From: Nitrosopumilaceae archaeon
GTDB lineage: Archaea; Thermoproteota; Nitrososphaeria; Nitrososphaerales; Nitrosopumilaceae
NCBI GenBank assembly: GCA_965208905.1
Contig: OZ242365.1
Location: forward strand, 1,504,001 to 1,568,000
Direction: 5' to 3'
Length of the DNA stretch: 64,000 nucleotides
Position 1 is the stretch's first letter, and the number at the start of each line of letters is the position of its first letter. The notes below the pieces were generated by a model. The model did no database searches and was not told the DNA's origin. It saw only the letters and a program-made list of their open reading frames with translations. The translations under genes were made by a program, and so were the position numbers. This document shows, piece by piece, positions 10,312-21,650 of the stretch.

Positions 10312-12732
10312 TTATGTTGCAGAGGACACGGCGCCTTCTACCGTTATGCTGGATGTGCCCTGAACTCCTTCCCGCACGTTCAGCACGTAGGGCAATGCCT
10401 CTTTCACATCCTCTATGTGGGTTATGACCAGAATTTGCCTGAATTGATCAGACAATGTTTGGAGAGCGTCAAGTATGTTTCTCTTTCTTTCCTCATCTTG
10501 GCTGCCAAAGATCTCATCTAATGCGATGAAGTTGGCCTACACCCATCCGGATCTCTCTGATAGTTCTTGCGATATTGCAATGCGCAGGCAAAGGTTGGCA
10601 AGATCTTCCTCACCGCCCGAGAACCGGTCCGTCGTAAAGATCTCCCCGTCGTCCTCGACTAGTATGTTGTAGTCATCATCCATCTCTATTGTGGCATACT
10701 TACCCCGCGTAATCGCATCAAGCAGTTCTGATGCCCTCTGTGAGAGCATGGGCCGTATTCTGGATATAAGATCCAACCTAAAGTTACCCATTACCTGTTC
10801 CAGTTTGCTCCTTGACTCCATCTTTTCCTTTTCTGCGTCTATCTTTGTCCGCTTTTTTGTTTCCTCGCTGATGTCCTCTGCAATCCGCGCCAATTGCCGC
10901 TCTACGTCTTGGGCCTTGCTTTTCAACTGAGCGCTCTTTACTCTGGCATTGACGAGTTTGGTAGTGATCTTCTCTGATGCTCGCTTAGCTTTCCGGTGAT
11001 CTGCACTATCGTACCCGATCATACTGAGGCTTTTTTCTTCAGTCTCTTGTTTCCTTTTTAGTACTGAGATCTCTTTTATGCATTTCGTGTGCCGTCTCTT
11101 CAGGACGGGTATCCGCTTTACATTCTCGGAGAGGCCTATAGACTTGTCCTTGACCCGTTGAAGTTTGTTATGCTTAGTAGTTACAGCTCGGTGGAGGGCA
11201 CGGTCATATACCAAACTTAAGTGACTATCAAGCCTCATTGCCAGCTTCGACTCTTCCTTTTTTAAAGATTCAAGACGCTTTTTGTCACTATCTAATTTAT
11301 CTAAAAGGTACGTCTTTTTGTGCACTAAAGCTACTGTTCGCTTGATTCTCTCGGAGATTCTCACCTCGGCATCTCTGGCCGACTGCAAGCGTGACTCAAG
11401 TCTCTCTTTTTTGTCTTGATCAGCACTCATCTTTTTTTCCAGTTTGGAGATGTTATCGGCAAACTGCTTGGAGACAAGTGGGAGGTAGTCTTGCAATGGC
11501 CGTCTGCATGTGGGACAGGTGCCGTCCTGACCCTGCTTTTTCATTCTAGCAAGATTCGTACTATACTCGCGCTTTTGTCTCTTGGCTTCCTTGATTTTCG
11601 CTGATACGTCGCTGACCTGCACGGTGAGAGCCGCTATGCAGGCCTTCTTATTTTGCAGATCAGCGTCTTGTCTTGTTATTTTTGCCTTAAGGTCCTGCAT
11701 GTCAGAGAGATTATTTTCGATGCGTTCGTTTGACCGGGTAACCTTTCTCATCTTCGAGGCTAGTGAGACACGCTGTCTCTCCAGTTCCTTTTTTTCCTTA
11801 AATTTGCCATGGGCCATGTCAAGATCTTCTTTTTGGTGTTTTATGGTTTCGTATTCAGCCAATTGTGGCTGTATATCCAGTAGCTGTCCCTTTGAGACCT
11901 GAGCGTTCCTTTGGTCAGCCTCGATGGTCTTCTTTTCTTTCTCCCTAGACTTTACCTTCTCTACGATACCTGTAAGTTTATTGTTGATTGTATTGTGCTT
12001 TCGATACATCTCCTCATGAACAGAAAAGTCGGTTTTTGCCTTCTTTGCAACTACTGTCACATCCCTGATTATTCCATTGTGTCTGTTGATCTGCACATCC
12101 GTTTGCTTCTTCTCTCTTGTCACCTGCCTTTGCTTTGCTATTAGTTCGTTCATGTCCTTCAGGTTGTCTTTGAGAATCTGAATCATGTTTGCGCTCTCCC
12201 GAATGTCTTTTCTTATTTCGGACAAGGCCTCGTCTATCCTGTTTATCCTGAGCAGTCTCATTATAGTCTTCTTTCTGTCTCCCGGTTGTAGTTCCGAAAA
12301 TGCGTTGAGTTCCTTTTGTTGTGCAAACACCGAAGCAAAAAATGCAACACGATCCATTCCGGTCCTCTTTGCAATATAGTCTGAAACCTCTCTTGATCCG
12401 TGTATGTGAGTAACCGTGTCTCCATTAAGGAAGACGCTGGCACGCATCAACATGCTCTTACCCTTCAACTCCCGGACTACCCTGACTGCATCAGAATCTA
12501 GCACAAATTCGAGCGTGACACTACAGTCCTCACCAGCCACCCCGGTCGTCTTTATCTCCTCGCCTTTCGTCCTAGCCGCAGTGTTTCCGTACAGGCACCA
12601 GCCTATGGCCTCAATCAAAGTGGATTTGCCGGAGCCGTTCTTACCCACTATTCCTATGATGCCCGAGGGAAAATCAATGCTTTGGCTTCTGTACTTGCGA
12701 TAGTTCTTAAGGTGTATACTCCTTAGCCGCAT
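10312..12732 (-). pseudogene. rad50: Rad50/SbcC-family SMC-like ATPase with one in-frame TAG at 10537-10539
   Basis: Walker A GKNGSGKS, coiled coil, Zn-hook CPTC, signature FSGGE. After the TAG the same frame continues ANFIALDEIFGSQD...ILVITH (Walker B, D-loop, H-loop) to TAA at 10312. Confidence 0.88.
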
Positions 12733-12737
12733 TACGC

Positions 12738-13847
12738 CTACCTCTCTTCAACATCAGTGAGGTACTCTTGGCCCAAGGACAGGACTTTTACCATCATGCC
12801 GGGTTCAAGATCCTGATTTCTGACATAGTTCTCAAACTCATCGCCTATGGAACCGATCTGGGACGATGAGATGCTACCATCTTCGAGAGAATGGTTGTAG
12901 CCGAATTCATAGTGTAGTGCGCCAGATACAATCTGTCGGATTCTTTTGTTATCCAGAGCAGAGCGGACGTGACGCGGAATGTTGTCAAAAACCACTCGGA
13001 TGATCTTACCGTTTACCTTACCTGACACCATCTTTTCGAGCTCGTTTACTATCTTGGTCGCGCTGAGATCCTTACAGTCTATCGGCTCAAAAGAGACCAT
13101 GTCTCTTACATTGGTGCGTATATGCTTGACGGAAAGAGGATCCAGGCTAACATCCAAGAAGCCACTTATGTATCCGACCTCCTTGAATCTGAGCCTCTCA
13201 GGAGAGCCACAGTAGTAGGCGTTGTCCTTGATTTTCAAGAATTTGTGGTAGTGACCCAATGCAATATAGTCAAAGCCACTTTTTAGTGACGACACAGGAA
13301 GGATCTGGTCCTTGAACTCTCCCCATGATGCTTCCTGAACGCCTCTTATGGCAGCGTGAGCAACCATGATATTGAATTTGGATGTCTTGTCCGGACGCAA
13401 CCTCTTGATGCTCTTCTGCAAATCCTCATCAGAGTATGTATGCGGGATTGTGTGTATCGCGCAGTCGCAGATCCTTAATCGTTCGTATTTTCCACCAAAT
13501 ACCGGATAGATGTGCGGGAAGTATTGCAGGATCTTAAATACACTCTCAGTTGACCGTAGCCGTGGTGTGGAATGGTTTCCAGCAATGATCACGATCGGAA
13601 TCTGTTCCTTAGATAGTCTGAGTAGCTGTTCCAAGGCAACGCTGATCGCCCTGTTTGAAGGGCGCACGCTGTCGAATATGTCTCCAGCATGTATTGCCAG
13701 ATCAGGTTTTGTTCTGATGATATAGTCCACTATCTCTTTGAAGACACGATAGATATCCTCTTCTCGTTTGTTTATTCCAGATTCAAAAGTGATTTTTCCA
13801 TAGTCCGCATGTCCCAGATGGGTATCTGAAAAATGCACTAGTCTCAT
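12738..13847 (-). CDS. mre11: Mre11/SbcD-family nuclease
   Basis: Metallophosphoesterase motifs SDTHLG, AGDIFD, AGNHS, AH, ALGHYH; directly upstream of rad50. Confidence 0.92.
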   Translation of the reverse strand: MRLVHFSDTHLGHADYGKITFESGINKREEDIYRVFKEIVDYIIRTKPDLAIHAGDIFDSVRPSNRAISVALEQLLRLSKEQIPIVIIAGNHSTPRLRSTESVFKILQYFPHIYPVFGGKYERLRICDCAIHTIPHTYSDEDLQKSIKRLRPDKTSKFNIMVAHAAIRGVQEASWGEFKDQILPVSSLKSGFDYIALGHYHKFLKIKDNAYYCGSPERLRFKEVGYISGFLDVSLDPLSVKHIRTNVRDMVSFEPIDCKDLSATKIVNELEKMVSGKVNGKIIRVVFDNIPRHVRSALDNKRIRQIVSGALHYEFGYNHSLEDGSISSSQIGSIGDEFENYVRNQDLEPGMMVKVLSLGQEYLTDVEER

Positions 13848-14066
13848 ACTCTTTGTGGCAAAATAGTCATGTATATGAGTATTGGTACGAGGGGCTAAAC
13901 CACATATACTTCTACTATCCCATCTGTATTCAAATTTGTAACTACATTCTAATTCAAAACCGCTATCGTATGGTTAAATAGTTTTTTGGTGTAAGTCTTT
14001 TCAGATAACCACAAATGAAGAAACTTACACACTATCATAACTGGACAAAAACAGAATATAATCATC

Positions 14067-15260
14067 ATGAACCGACGAGGCGGAGATATAGCGCATGACA
14101 CGTCAAGAGCGCTTGTCGTACGTGAGTTTAAGAACAATCTGACCGTACGAGCCAATATCATGAAACATTTGGAGGATGCAATCTCACCATTGGTTGACAT
14201 TCCTACCAAGCACAGCTCATTATACAATATGCAGGATTTCAATCGTGGAATGATGCGGGCAGTTTGTGCTGACTCTTCCGTAGGAGGGTGCGCATTTGGC
14301 GTGTCGGCAGGCAATTATGCAAGAATTTCCCCTAGCGATGAATGGGTCTGGAGACTGTTGGCTACGATGTATACAGATAATGTTCAAAAGATGTTTAAAG
14401 AATCAGTAGCAAAATAGCTTCTCAAACTAAAGCATCTGAATTTGCTGCCCAAAGACGGCATAGTTGTTGTAATAGATATGCACCTCATATCCGGATACGA
14501 CTGTACACGGGGAGATGAGTTGACAATATACAGGTACAAGAACGGGACCAAATATTTTGAGTGGTACATAACAATACAATGTGCCAACGACAGTATTCGT
14601 CTCAATCTAGTATGCCTGCCGGTCCCGGCTCTAACATCAGTTCCAGATATGGTGCATATTATCATACAAGAGTGCCTAAACTATGGCATAATGATCAAAC
14701 TATGTTTGTTTGATCGTGAGTTCTTTTCGGCTGAGAATATATCAAATCTGAATAAATTGAACATACCTTAGCTAATGCCCTGCCGTAACACTCATGGTGT
14801 GGTAGAGAAACTACATTATTTTGCAACTAACCCCTTTGAGGATGTATTGTACAATACTCTGACAGGATACAATGCAACTGCCTCATATAGTATAGCGATA
14901 GCCAAACGGAAAAAATGCAATTCTAAAAAGGATGAAAAATTACCTGAAAATATGTACATTGGTTTTGCTACTAATCTACCGTGGATTGACGTTATTGTAT
15001 ATGCCGTTAGGTGGGGAATCGAGTCTAGATACGCAATGATAGAGTCTATGAGGGCAAAGACGGGGAGTCGTGAGCCTGGGGCACGCCTGTTTTGTTTTCT
15101 ATACACACTAATGATGTTCAACGTCTGGATGCTGGTAAAGGTTGTACTAACAGCCTTGGTAGTATCCATGTCACGCCGCAGGAGAACAATTACACAACGG
15201 GCATTCAAGGAGGTGCTCAGGTCCATAATAGACAGAACTGGTTCAGGGCCTCCCAACTGA
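14067..15260 (+). pseudogene. ISH3-family (IS4-like) transposase, interrupted by two in-frame TAG stops
   Basis: Three collinear ORFs in one frame with VVIDMH, LFDREFFS, GFATN and YAVRWGIESRY motifs. Confidence 0.82.
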
Positions 15261-15479
15261 TGCTATAGCCATGTACATGATACCCGCAGCTGCGTATAAT
15301 AGACAGGACGGGCTCAGGACCTCCTTCCCAGCCTATGCAGTTGAGGATGTGCATCCGGGGAGTCTGCGCATGGGTTGGAGTATCAAGTGCTGACAAGTGT
15401 ATACTAAAACGTCAGATGTGTAGGCAGATACAATAAACTGGCGTACTCCCGTTAAACCAATTTAACGAATCTGCCTTTA

Positions 15480-15868
15480 ATTTGCAGATCACTTATGGGT
15501 GAGCTGCCTTTGTCTTCATATTTTTACTCCTTCTAAAGTTTTTTTGAAATATCATTGGCAACGGTGATCTCGCCGATTATTCGTTTGAGGTTCTCTATCT
15601 CTTTGGTCTAGTTTTTTGTTGCGTCTCCACGGCTTGCAGGTGCCTGCTTGCCACCTTGTAGGAACTTGTCCTTCCAGTCCTGAAATGTAACAGGAGATAC
15701 ATTGTGTTTGCGACACAACTCGGCAGCAGATATGTGGGTGTTAAAAAAACTCCATTACTATGCTGACCTTTTCTTGTGGGCTACCGCCTCTTGCTCATGT
15801 TCTCGCTACTACCTCCTGCACCCATAAGCATTCGGTTTTGTTCGGGTTCACTCTAGCGGGCCCCACCA
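15480..15868 (-). pseudogene. IS3-family OrfA remnant with left IR
   Basis: SAAELCRKHNVSPVTFQDWKDKFL...LKRIIGEITVAND is homologous to OrfA at 22310. End TGGTGGGGCCCGCTAGAG resembles the IR at 22238. Confidence 0.8.
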
Positions 15869-16000
15869 AACTGTGCGCATACGCCCCCATGTCAGCATAA
15901 TAATATACTAGCTGGTATACGATCAATTACCTTCTGATATTGTGTGTTTAATATCGCTCTGATTAGACTTTAATATACTATACATGGTGTATAGTATGAT

Positions 16001-16228
16001 ATGTCGGATGTCACACTAGACGCCACAGGACTCTTCTGTCCAGAGCCGGTATTTCGCACAAAGATCGCAATAGAAAAGATGCAGGCAGGTCAGACCATTC
16101 AGGTGTCTGCAGACGACCCCGCTGCTGAAGAGGACATATCCCGTTGGGCCAACCGCAGTGGTCACCAGCTACTGAACATAGAACGGGACGGGGAAAGACT
16201 AACCTTTGTGATAAAAAAGGTGAAGTAA
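16001..16228 (+). CDS. tusA: TusA/SirA-family sulfur carrier
   Basis: LDATGLFCPEPV, ADDPAAEEDI. Confidence 0.9.
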   Translation: MSDVTLDATGLFCPEPVFRTKIAIEKMQAGQTIQVSADDPAAEEDISRWANRSGHQLLNIERDGERLTFVIKKVK

Positions 16229-17221
16229 GTGGCTAGTGTTGTATATAAGCAAGATACAATATCCCGTGTAGGGAACACGCCACTTGTACAATTAGAGTCA
16301 CTACAAAACAGTACAACCTCATATTGGGCCAAGCTGGAAGGACACAATCCATTTGGTTCTGTAAAGGACAGGGCAGCACTATACATGATACGAGATGCAG
16401 AAGAAAGAGGCATACTAAAGAAGAACAAAAGTGTCATAATAGAGCCCACATCTGGAAATACGGGGATAGCCCTTGTGGGAATAGCCCGAATTCTAGGGTA
16501 TAAGGTCGAGATAGTGATACCTGAAAAGGCCAGCGAAGAGACCAAACAGATACTACGTAACTTGGGTGCCAAGATGTATGAGACTTCTGATGATCTCTGC
16601 CCAAAGGTAGGAGTAGGTACTGAGCAGAGTATTGCGCTTGCCACATCCATAGCAGCATCAAGACCAGACACATACTACTCGCCAAACCAATACAGCAATG
16701 ATGCCAACTTTAAGGGCCATTACACTGCTACCGGTCCTGAAATATGGAAGCAGACTCAGGGTAAGATAACACACTTCTTTACGGGTGTGGGTACAGGAGG
16801 TACGATAACTGGTATAGGCACATACCTCAAAGAGAAGAATCCAGACATACGCATAATTGGTTGCCAGCCACAGTTGAACCATCTAATACAGGGGTGGCGC
16901 AACTTTGAAGAGTCCGCAAAGCCGGACCTATTCTTAAGAAGAGAAGGTGTAGTAGATGACTGGGTCGATGTGACCAATGATGAGGCATTTGGTGTCGTAC
17001 AAGAGATATACAAATCCGACAACCTGCTTGTAAGTCCTTCATCGGCCGCCGTATACGCCTGTATGAAAAAGTATGACGTATCATCAGGTGTAGTGGTGGG
17101 CATATTTGCCGATGATGGGCGCAAGTTCGGCAGCATATACAAAGAGAGAGATATATTCACAGAGAAGCAGTTCCAGCAGGCAGTACTAGACTCATCACAT
17201 ATGTCAAAGCTGGCATACTAG
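16229..17221 (+). CDS. cysK: PLP-dependent cysteine synthase family protein
   Basis: VGNTPLV, KLEGHNPFGSVKDRAA, PTSGNTG, GVGTGGT. Confidence 0.9.
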   Translation: MASVVYKQDTISRVGNTPLVQLESLQNSTTSYWAKLEGHNPFGSVKDRAALYMIRDAEERGILKKNKSVIIEPTSGNTGIALVGIARILGYKVEIVIPEKASEETKQILRNLGAKMYETSDDLCPKVGVGTEQSIALATSIAASRPDTYYSPNQYSNDANFKGHYTATGPEIWKQTQGKITHFFTGVGTGGTITGIGTYLKEKNPDIRIIGCQPQLNHLIQGWRNFEESAKPDLFLRREGVVDDWVDVTNDEAFGVVQEIYKSDNLLVSPSSAAVYACMKKYDVSSGVVVGIFADDGRKFGSIYKERDIFTEKQFQQAVLDSSHMSKLAY

Positions 17222-18126
17222 TTTAGATACTTGTCCACATCAATGGCTGCCTGACAGCCAAAACCTGCAGCAGTAACTGCTTGACGGTACTGCCTATCAT
17301 GCACATCGCCAGCAGCAAAGACACCCTCCACGCTGGTGCGTGTGCCATTCATCACAATGTACCCCTCATCGTCCAGCTCCAACACGTCCTTAAACAGTGA
17401 TGTGTTGGGGTTGTGTCCTATTGCCACAAATACAGCTCCGGCACTCAAACGAGTCTCTTGGCCCGATGTAATATTCTGTATTGTTACAGACTCTACTTTA
17501 TTCTCGCCGGATATGTCAACTAGTTTTGAGTTCCAGTGGAACTGTATCTTTTCATTGGCAAAGGCGCGGCTCTGCATCGCCTGACTAGCGCGCAGTTTAT
17601 CGCGTCTGTGTATCACATGTATCCGTCGTCCAAACTTTGTAAGGAATAGAGCCTCCTCCATGGCAGTATCACCTCCGCCAACTACAAAGATGTCCTGGCC
17701 TCTAAAGAATGGTCCATCACATGTAGCACAATATGAGACCCCATGGCCGCCCAGTGTACTCTCACCTTTCAGACCCAGCTTGCGGGGATCTGCACCCGTG
17801 GCTATGATTATTGCTCTGCCCTCAAACCACTCATCTGTCCCTTTGACGCGCAGGGGACCACCAAAGTCCACCTGCTGAACAGCATCATCGATTATTCTAG
17901 TTCCCATCTTGGCGGTCTGTGCTCTCATATTTATCATCAGGTCAGGGCCCATTATACCATCTTGAAAGCCTGGATAGTTCTCCACATCTGTTGTGTTGAC
18001 CAGCTGCCCACCCGGCAGAATTCCAGACAGTAGTAGTGTGTTGTGGCCGGCTCTAGAGCAGTATATGCCGGCAGTATATCCGGCAGGTCCCGCTCCCACA
18101 ATTATGACATCATATCGTTCTGCCAT
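17218..18126 (-). CDS. trxB: Thioredoxin-disulfide reductase
   Basis: GAGPAG, SYCATCDG, GGGDTAMEE, FAAGD. Confidence 0.96.
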   Translation of the reverse strand: MAERYDVIIVGAGPAGYTAGIYCSRAGHNTLLLSGILPGGQLVNTTDVENYPGFQDGIMGPDLMINMRAQTAKMGTRIIDDAVQQVDFGGPLRVKGTDEWFEGRAIIIATGADPRKLGLKGESTLGGHGVSYCATCDGPFFRGQDIFVVGGGDTAMEEALFLTKFGRRIHVIHRRDKLRASQAMQSRAFANEKIQFHWNSKLVDISGENKVESVTIQNITSGQETRLSAGAVFVAIGHNPNTSLFKDVLELDDEGYIVMNGTRTSVEGVFAAGDVHDRQYRQAVTAAGFGCQAAIDVDKYLN

Positions 18127-18435
18127 ACTGTGCAACAGTATTTTTTGGTAAATTAAAGGTAGTGAAATTTTGAATCATGTCAATTAATTATACTTGAAGA
18201 ACAATAGTGGAAAATATAGAAGAAACAGAGCACACTCGCTGCAATATACTATCAGGTATAATCACAAGGGGAATCGCGTATTATGATTTGTAATGTCATG
18301 ACTTGGAGCGTTAACAGCATAGCTTTATTGTATCTGATGTACACAGGATATGCTTTGCTGTCATACACATATGGTCAACTCAAATGTACGATTAATTTCA
18401 GATAGTTACATCATACTTGAAGTTAAATCATACAT

Positions 18436-19170
18436 CTACATCTGCCTGAAGAGATCATTATTATGTCGTATCAAATCCTGAACACTGCCATCACCTATCA
18501 TATCATCAACACCCCGCAGTATGGCCATAGGGATATAGTCTGTCTTTCCCATTACCAGCTCAGCAGCGCCCGCCAGTTGGTCAGCAACAGCAGTCACACT
18601 GACGCGCAGCACCCTCCCATACACATCATGATTCCCGGTGTGATCCAATAGAGGGGCAACTCCCGAGCATCCCACACATACATCAGTCTGGCCAACTCTA
18701 AAGGGCCTCCCCAAAGTATCAGATATTATGACGCCCACATCCATCTGCATGTGATGTCTTATCTTATCGCGTATGTGTTGCGCACTGGTATCACTACTCT
18801 TTGGCAGCAATAAAGCATGATCTGGGGGTACATTACTTGTATCCACGCCCGAGTTGGCACATATATGGCCATCATATCTTTGTGTAATTATTATACCATT
18901 GTCCATGCGAACTATAAACCGGGCCTCCTGCAGTACAAGCTGTATAACTCGGGCATCCTTGCCGTATTCGCCAGCGATGCCCCGGGCCAGCTCCGATGGA
19001 GACACGTCAGATAGTCGTATCAGTTGTCCCTCGGCCTTGGATACTATCTTTTGCGCAACAACTATGATATCATTTGGTTGTAGTTCTGCATGTTCTATTA
19101 TTATATCAGATATGTCGTCTCTGTGTTTGACATCTTGGCTCACATGTATGGGTATTACTTTTATCATCAT
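18436..19170 (-). CDS. cofE: Coenzyme F420-0:L-glutamate ligase
   Basis: QKIVSKAEG, CANSGVDTSN, ISDTLGRPFR. Confidence 0.93.
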   Translation of the reverse strand: MMIKVIPIHVSQDVKHRDDISDIIIEHAELQPNDIIVVAQKIVSKAEGQLIRLSDVSPSELARGIAGEYGKDARVIQLVLQEARFIVRMDNGIIITQRYDGHICANSGVDTSNVPPDHALLLPKSSDTSAQHIRDKIRHHMQMDVGVIISDTLGRPFRVGQTDVCVGCSGVAPLLDHTGNHDVYGRVLRVSVTAVADQLAGAAELVMGKTDYIPMAILRGVDDMIGDGSVQDLIRHNNDLFRQM

Positions 19171-19796
19171 GTATGGCCCATGTGGGCATCTATAAGAGGA
19201 ATTATGCGGACAAGATTCTTTTCATCCAAGATTGCAGTTGCCCTATCCTTTACCACATCCTGAGCCCTAAAAGCTATGCTCATGCCAGATATATCAAAGA
19301 GTTTCAAATCGTTGGCACCATCAACCACACATATAATGTCATCCTTCTTCTCTCCCCACTGTTTAATTATGTTTTTAGCGCTCTTTGACTTGTCCGAGTC
19401 CACATTTATGCGGACATCATCTAGTCGGCCATCTGTGAATATCAACTCATTGGACACCACATAATCTAGCTGCAGTTCTCTCTTTAAACGATCCGTCATT
19501 ATGGTAAAGCCTCCAGATACCGCAATTATACGATATCCTCTACTCTTTAGTATACGGCATGCCTTTCGCGCACCGGTCATTATGGGTAGTGAGTCTGCCA
19601 CTTCACGACATGTTGCATAGTCCAAACCCCGCAGGGCACGTATCCTTGTACGGAGGCCATCCTCCCAATTTATGACTCCCTGAATACCCTGCTTTGTTAT
19701 CTCCCATATCTCATTCTCTTTGTTTACCTTTTCGGCCAATATGGGCAGATACTCGGCGTCATACAACACTCCTTCCACATCAAAGATTACTAGCAA
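19167..19796 (-). CDS. serB: Phosphoserine phosphatase (HAD family)
   Basis: FDVEGVL, VSGGF, DGANDL. Confidence 0.88.
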   Translation of the reverse strand: MLVIFDVEGVLYDAEYLPILAEKVNKENEIWEITKQGIQGVINWEDGLRTRIRALRGLDYATCREVADSLPIMTGARKACRILKSRGYRIIAVSGGFTIMTDRLKRELQLDYVVSNELIFTDGRLDDVRINVDSDKSKSAKNIIKQWGEKKDDIICVVDGANDLKLFDISGMSIAFRAQDVVKDRATAILDEKNLVRIIPLIDAHMGHT

Positions 19797-19865
19797 TCTA
19801 ATTCACATGAAAAAAGCTAAATATATTAAAGTTTGAAATATTACTCGATAATACGAACAGGTGTA

Positions 19866-20153
19866 ATGATGAAAGAACTAGAACACAAATACGAAGTAAA
19901 AGTACAAAAACGAGATAAAGCCATGCGTTTTGATGCGTCAACAAAACAGGCCCTACGGGAGGCGGGCATGTTAAACGAGAAGAACAAGTTCAAGATAAAT
20001 GGTGTAAGCCCAAAGATGCTCAAAGCCATGAAACAAGAGTATGTAGACTGTCCAATCATGGAGCGGGAAGTACAGTTTGTACAGTGCTTTGCATGCCCCA
20101 ACTTTCAGAGCAGATCAAACGGTGTCGTCCTTTGTAGAGGAGACTCGTTATAA
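19866..20153 (+). CDS. Small Cys-containing hypothetical protein
   Basis: Clean ORF directly upstream of proS with C-terminal CP...CFACP...C pattern. Confidence 0.7.
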   Translation: MMKELEHKYEVKVQKRDKAMRFDASTKQALREAGMLNEKNKFKINGVSPKMLKAMKQEYVDCPIMEREVQFVQCFACPNFQSRSNGVVLCRGDSL

Positions 20154-20157
20154 TAAA

Positions 20158-21591
20158 ATGTCAAAAAAAGAGCACATCGGCATAACAGAGTCCAAGAGTG
20201 GCAACTTTAGCGAGTGGTATACGCAGATAGTACTAAAGGCAAGACTAGCAGACTATGCCCCCGTAAAGGGCATGATCGTACTGCGGCCGGACGGCTATGC
20301 CATATGGGAGACGCTCAGAGCTGCATTAGACAAAAAGTTTGCACAAGAAGGTGTCAGTAATGCGTTCCTGCCAGTTCTCATACCAGAGTCTCTACTGGTT
20401 CGTGAAAAGGCACACTTTGAAGGATTCAACCCCGAGGTATATTGGGTCACGCATTCAGGAGATACGCCCATCGGCGACAGATTGGCTCTGCGGCCCACTT
20501 CTGAGACGGTACTGTATCACATGTACTCCAAATGGGTCAAGTCCTGGCGCGATCTGCCACTAAAACTCAACTTTTGGAATACAGCTTTACGCGCAGAGAT
20601 AAAGTCCACCAAGCCATTCCTGAGAACCTCGGAGTTCCTATGGCAGGAGGGGCACACTGTACATGAGAGTCGTCAAGAGGCCGAATCTCAGGTGGAAAAG
20701 ATGCTAGACATCTACAGAGAAGTGACAGAACAGCATCTAGCAATACCAGTACAGTATGGTAAAAAGAGCTCCAAAGAGCAGTTTGTTGGTGGCGAATATA
20801 CGCTTACAATAGAGTCCATAATGCCTGATGGTCGGGCACTACAGATGGGCACCAGTCACATGTTGGGTCAAAACTTTGCCAAACCATTCTCTGTAAAGTA
20901 TGCAGACAGTAACAATATAGAACACTACGCCTGGCAGACATCGTGGGGAGTCTCATGGAGGCTGTTGGGCGCAATGATAATGGTACACGGTGATGATCAT
21001 GGTCTGGTGCTGCCGCCTAAAATGGCGCACATACAGGTAGTAATAGTACCCATACTATTTGCAGATACCGATACTGTAATGAAGGCTGTACAGTCACTTG
21101 CCGAATCATTGTCAGGTATGGGTGTGCGTATACACGTAGATGCCCGAGAGAACGTCTCACCGGGATTCAAGTTCAACGATTGGGAGTTGAGGGGGGTGCC
21201 TCTTCGTGTCGAGATGGGTCCTAGAGATATAAAGGCAGGCACAATGGTCGTGGCACGTCGGGACACTTTATCAAAGGATACGATACAGATTGATGGTGCG
21301 CCAGATATGATACAGCAGATGTTACGCACAATGCAGGATGACATGTTAGAGAAGGCCAAAGAGCAGGCATCAAAACTCACCGGTGAGGCATCCGACTATA
21401 TGGCCCTCAAGGAGGGCATACGAGCAGGGGGGTTCTGGTGGGCCGACTGGTGCGGCAAAGAGTTATGCGAGGATACAATAAAAGAGGAGACTGGAGCCGA
21501 CATACGTCTGTTATCACCCAAGACCGGAGGTACATGTATAGTCTGTCAGAGTGGCAATAGTACCCGGGCATTGTTTGCACGGGGATACTGA
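20158..21591 (+). CDS. proS: Proline--tRNA ligase (archaeal/eukaryotic type)
   Basis: FSEWY, LRPTSET, PFLRTSEFLWQEGHT, QMGTSH, C-terminal FARGY; start chosen at MSKKEH. Confidence 0.97.
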   Translation: MSKKEHIGITESKSGNFSEWYTQIVLKARLADYAPVKGMIVLRPDGYAIWETLRAALDKKFAQEGVSNAFLPVLIPESLLVREKAHFEGFNPEVYWVTHSGDTPIGDRLALRPTSETVLYHMYSKWVKSWRDLPLKLNFWNTALRAEIKSTKPFLRTSEFLWQEGHTVHESRQEAESQVEKMLDIYREVTEQHLAIPVQYGKKSSKEQFVGGEYTLTIESIMPDGRALQMGTSHMLGQNFAKPFSVKYADSNNIEHYAWQTSWGVSWRLLGAMIMVHGDDHGLVLPPKMAHIQVVIVPILFADTDTVMKAVQSLAESLSGMGVRIHVDARENVSPGFKFNDWELRGVPLRVEMGPRDIKAGTMVVARRDTLSKDTIQIDGAPDMIQQMLRTMQDDMLEKAKEQASKLTGEASDYMALKEGIRAGGFWWADWCGKELCEDTIKEETGADIRLLSPKTGGTCIVCQSGNSTRALFARGY

Positions 21592-21631
21592 TTATATACA
21601 GCCCATACGGACGTGTAACTTCAAACTTGAT

Positions 21632-21650
21632 TAGAGTTTATGCGTAATTG
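21632..21650. repeat. IS5-type terminal inverted repeat TAGAGTTTATGCGTAATTG
   Basis: Identical to the left end of the IS5-family element at 60408-60426. Confidence 0.85.

Noticed and set aside
10175-10363. ORF with TnpB-like QIRRAFEYK
   Set aside because: Short, no RuvC or Zn motifs, and it overlaps the real Rad50 C-terminus on the opposite strand.
10537-10539. TAG recoding (pyrrolysine or read-through), suggested by in-frame TAGs in rad50, ISH3 and IS1595
   Set aside because: Intact genes here (cysK, trxB, tcmP, mre11) end in TAG, and the other in-frame TAGs are in decayed IS genes, so nonsense mutation is simpler.
20077-20157. Longer proS start given in the ORF track
   Set aside because: It overlaps the upstream gene; the ATG at 20158 gives a typical N-terminus.
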